DNA of 63,737 nucleotides, filler included, from Choristocarpus tenellus KU-1152 (lineage: Eukaryota; Protista; Phaeophyceae): assembly GCA_964200185.2 (NCBI GenBank). It is 7 parts of 7 records of this genome, joined end to end, with 100 filler letters (N's around TTAATTAATTAA, not from the genome) between each part and the next. Parts side by side here need not be neighbours in the genome. Positions count along the whole stretch, not along the records: positions 61,013 to 63,737 come from CAXNAD020025283.1; 6 more parts are not named here. One strand, 5' to 3'. The notes beneath the pieces are model-generated. The model made no database searches. It was given only the letters and a program-made list of their open reading frames with translations, and was not told the origin of the DNA. Below are positions 63,331 to 63,737 of this stretch, in pieces. A program made the translations under genes and the position numbers. How positions within the stretch are numbered: position 1 is the first letter of the stretch; each line of letters begins with the position of its first letter.

Positions 63331-63384
63331 CACAACAAAAATTGGACGATAGTGGTGGCTTCGTATCGTCCAATTTTTGTTGTG
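63331..63384. repeat. Perfect inverted repeat / hairpin (21-bp stem, 12-nt loop)
   Basis: CACAACAAAAATTGGACGATA-gtggtggcttcg-TATCGTCCAATTTTTGTTGTG. Confidence 0.95.
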
Positions 63385-63737
63385 GCTGATTTTCTTACTA
63401 AAAATAAGATATAAATGTATTTTTGAACGAAATTGATCCTACGTAAGAGATTACCTTACTAGAGGTGTATGTTTAAATAGAATACACATTTTTCTATGCC
63501 CTATGACTGACACGTTGGAGGGATTATCATGTATGTACAAAAACAAGGATGTAAGGGGGAAAGGTAGGAAACATAATTGTACAATAATAACAGTGACATG
63601 TGAGAGATCATGTAAGGAACACAACAAACACAACCACACACAGAAGGACTACTACCATACACACATCATACACTCACACACATATATATATATATCAGAT
63701 GCACCAACTTGTGGGTCAAAATACCTGGGGGGGGGTG

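Overview
This is eukaryotic, intron-rich, repeat-rich DNA, most likely from a photosynthetic stramenopile such as a brown alga. That assignment is inferred from a bipartite signal-peptide+'F' plastid presequence, long GT-AG introns and gene content. The window is not contiguous: six artificial 100-nt linkers (N44-TTAATTAATTAA-N44) split it into seven pieces (1-10287, 10388-18239, 18340-31796, 31897-43831, 43932-52744, 52845-60912, 61013-63737). The ORF track is mostly noise, so I rebuilt genes by hand from splice sites and reading phase. Genes: the 3' half of mitochondrial Hsp90 (TRAP1); a complete plastid fibrillin-like gene; a large multi-EF-hand protein (partial); a signal-peptide DnaJ gene head-to-head with the meiotic crossover E3 ligase HEI10; a ferric-reductase/NADPH-oxidase-like fragment; and an uncharacterised membrane protein with two micro-exons. 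Mobile DNA: a decayed plant-type mariner transposase, a deleted pogo/Tigger element, LTR remnants and several MITE families sharing a (GAG/GAC/GGC)NNAAAGTA terminus. I found no CRISPR, rRNA or operon-like system, and no demonstrable novel biological system. The best leads are the MITE clan with 3-4 bp TSDs, a circularly permuted PPT-LTR-PBS remnant, a decayed intronless island with 26-27 aa repeats (possible endogenous viral remnant), a perfect 21-bp hairpin, and unusual splice-site usage.
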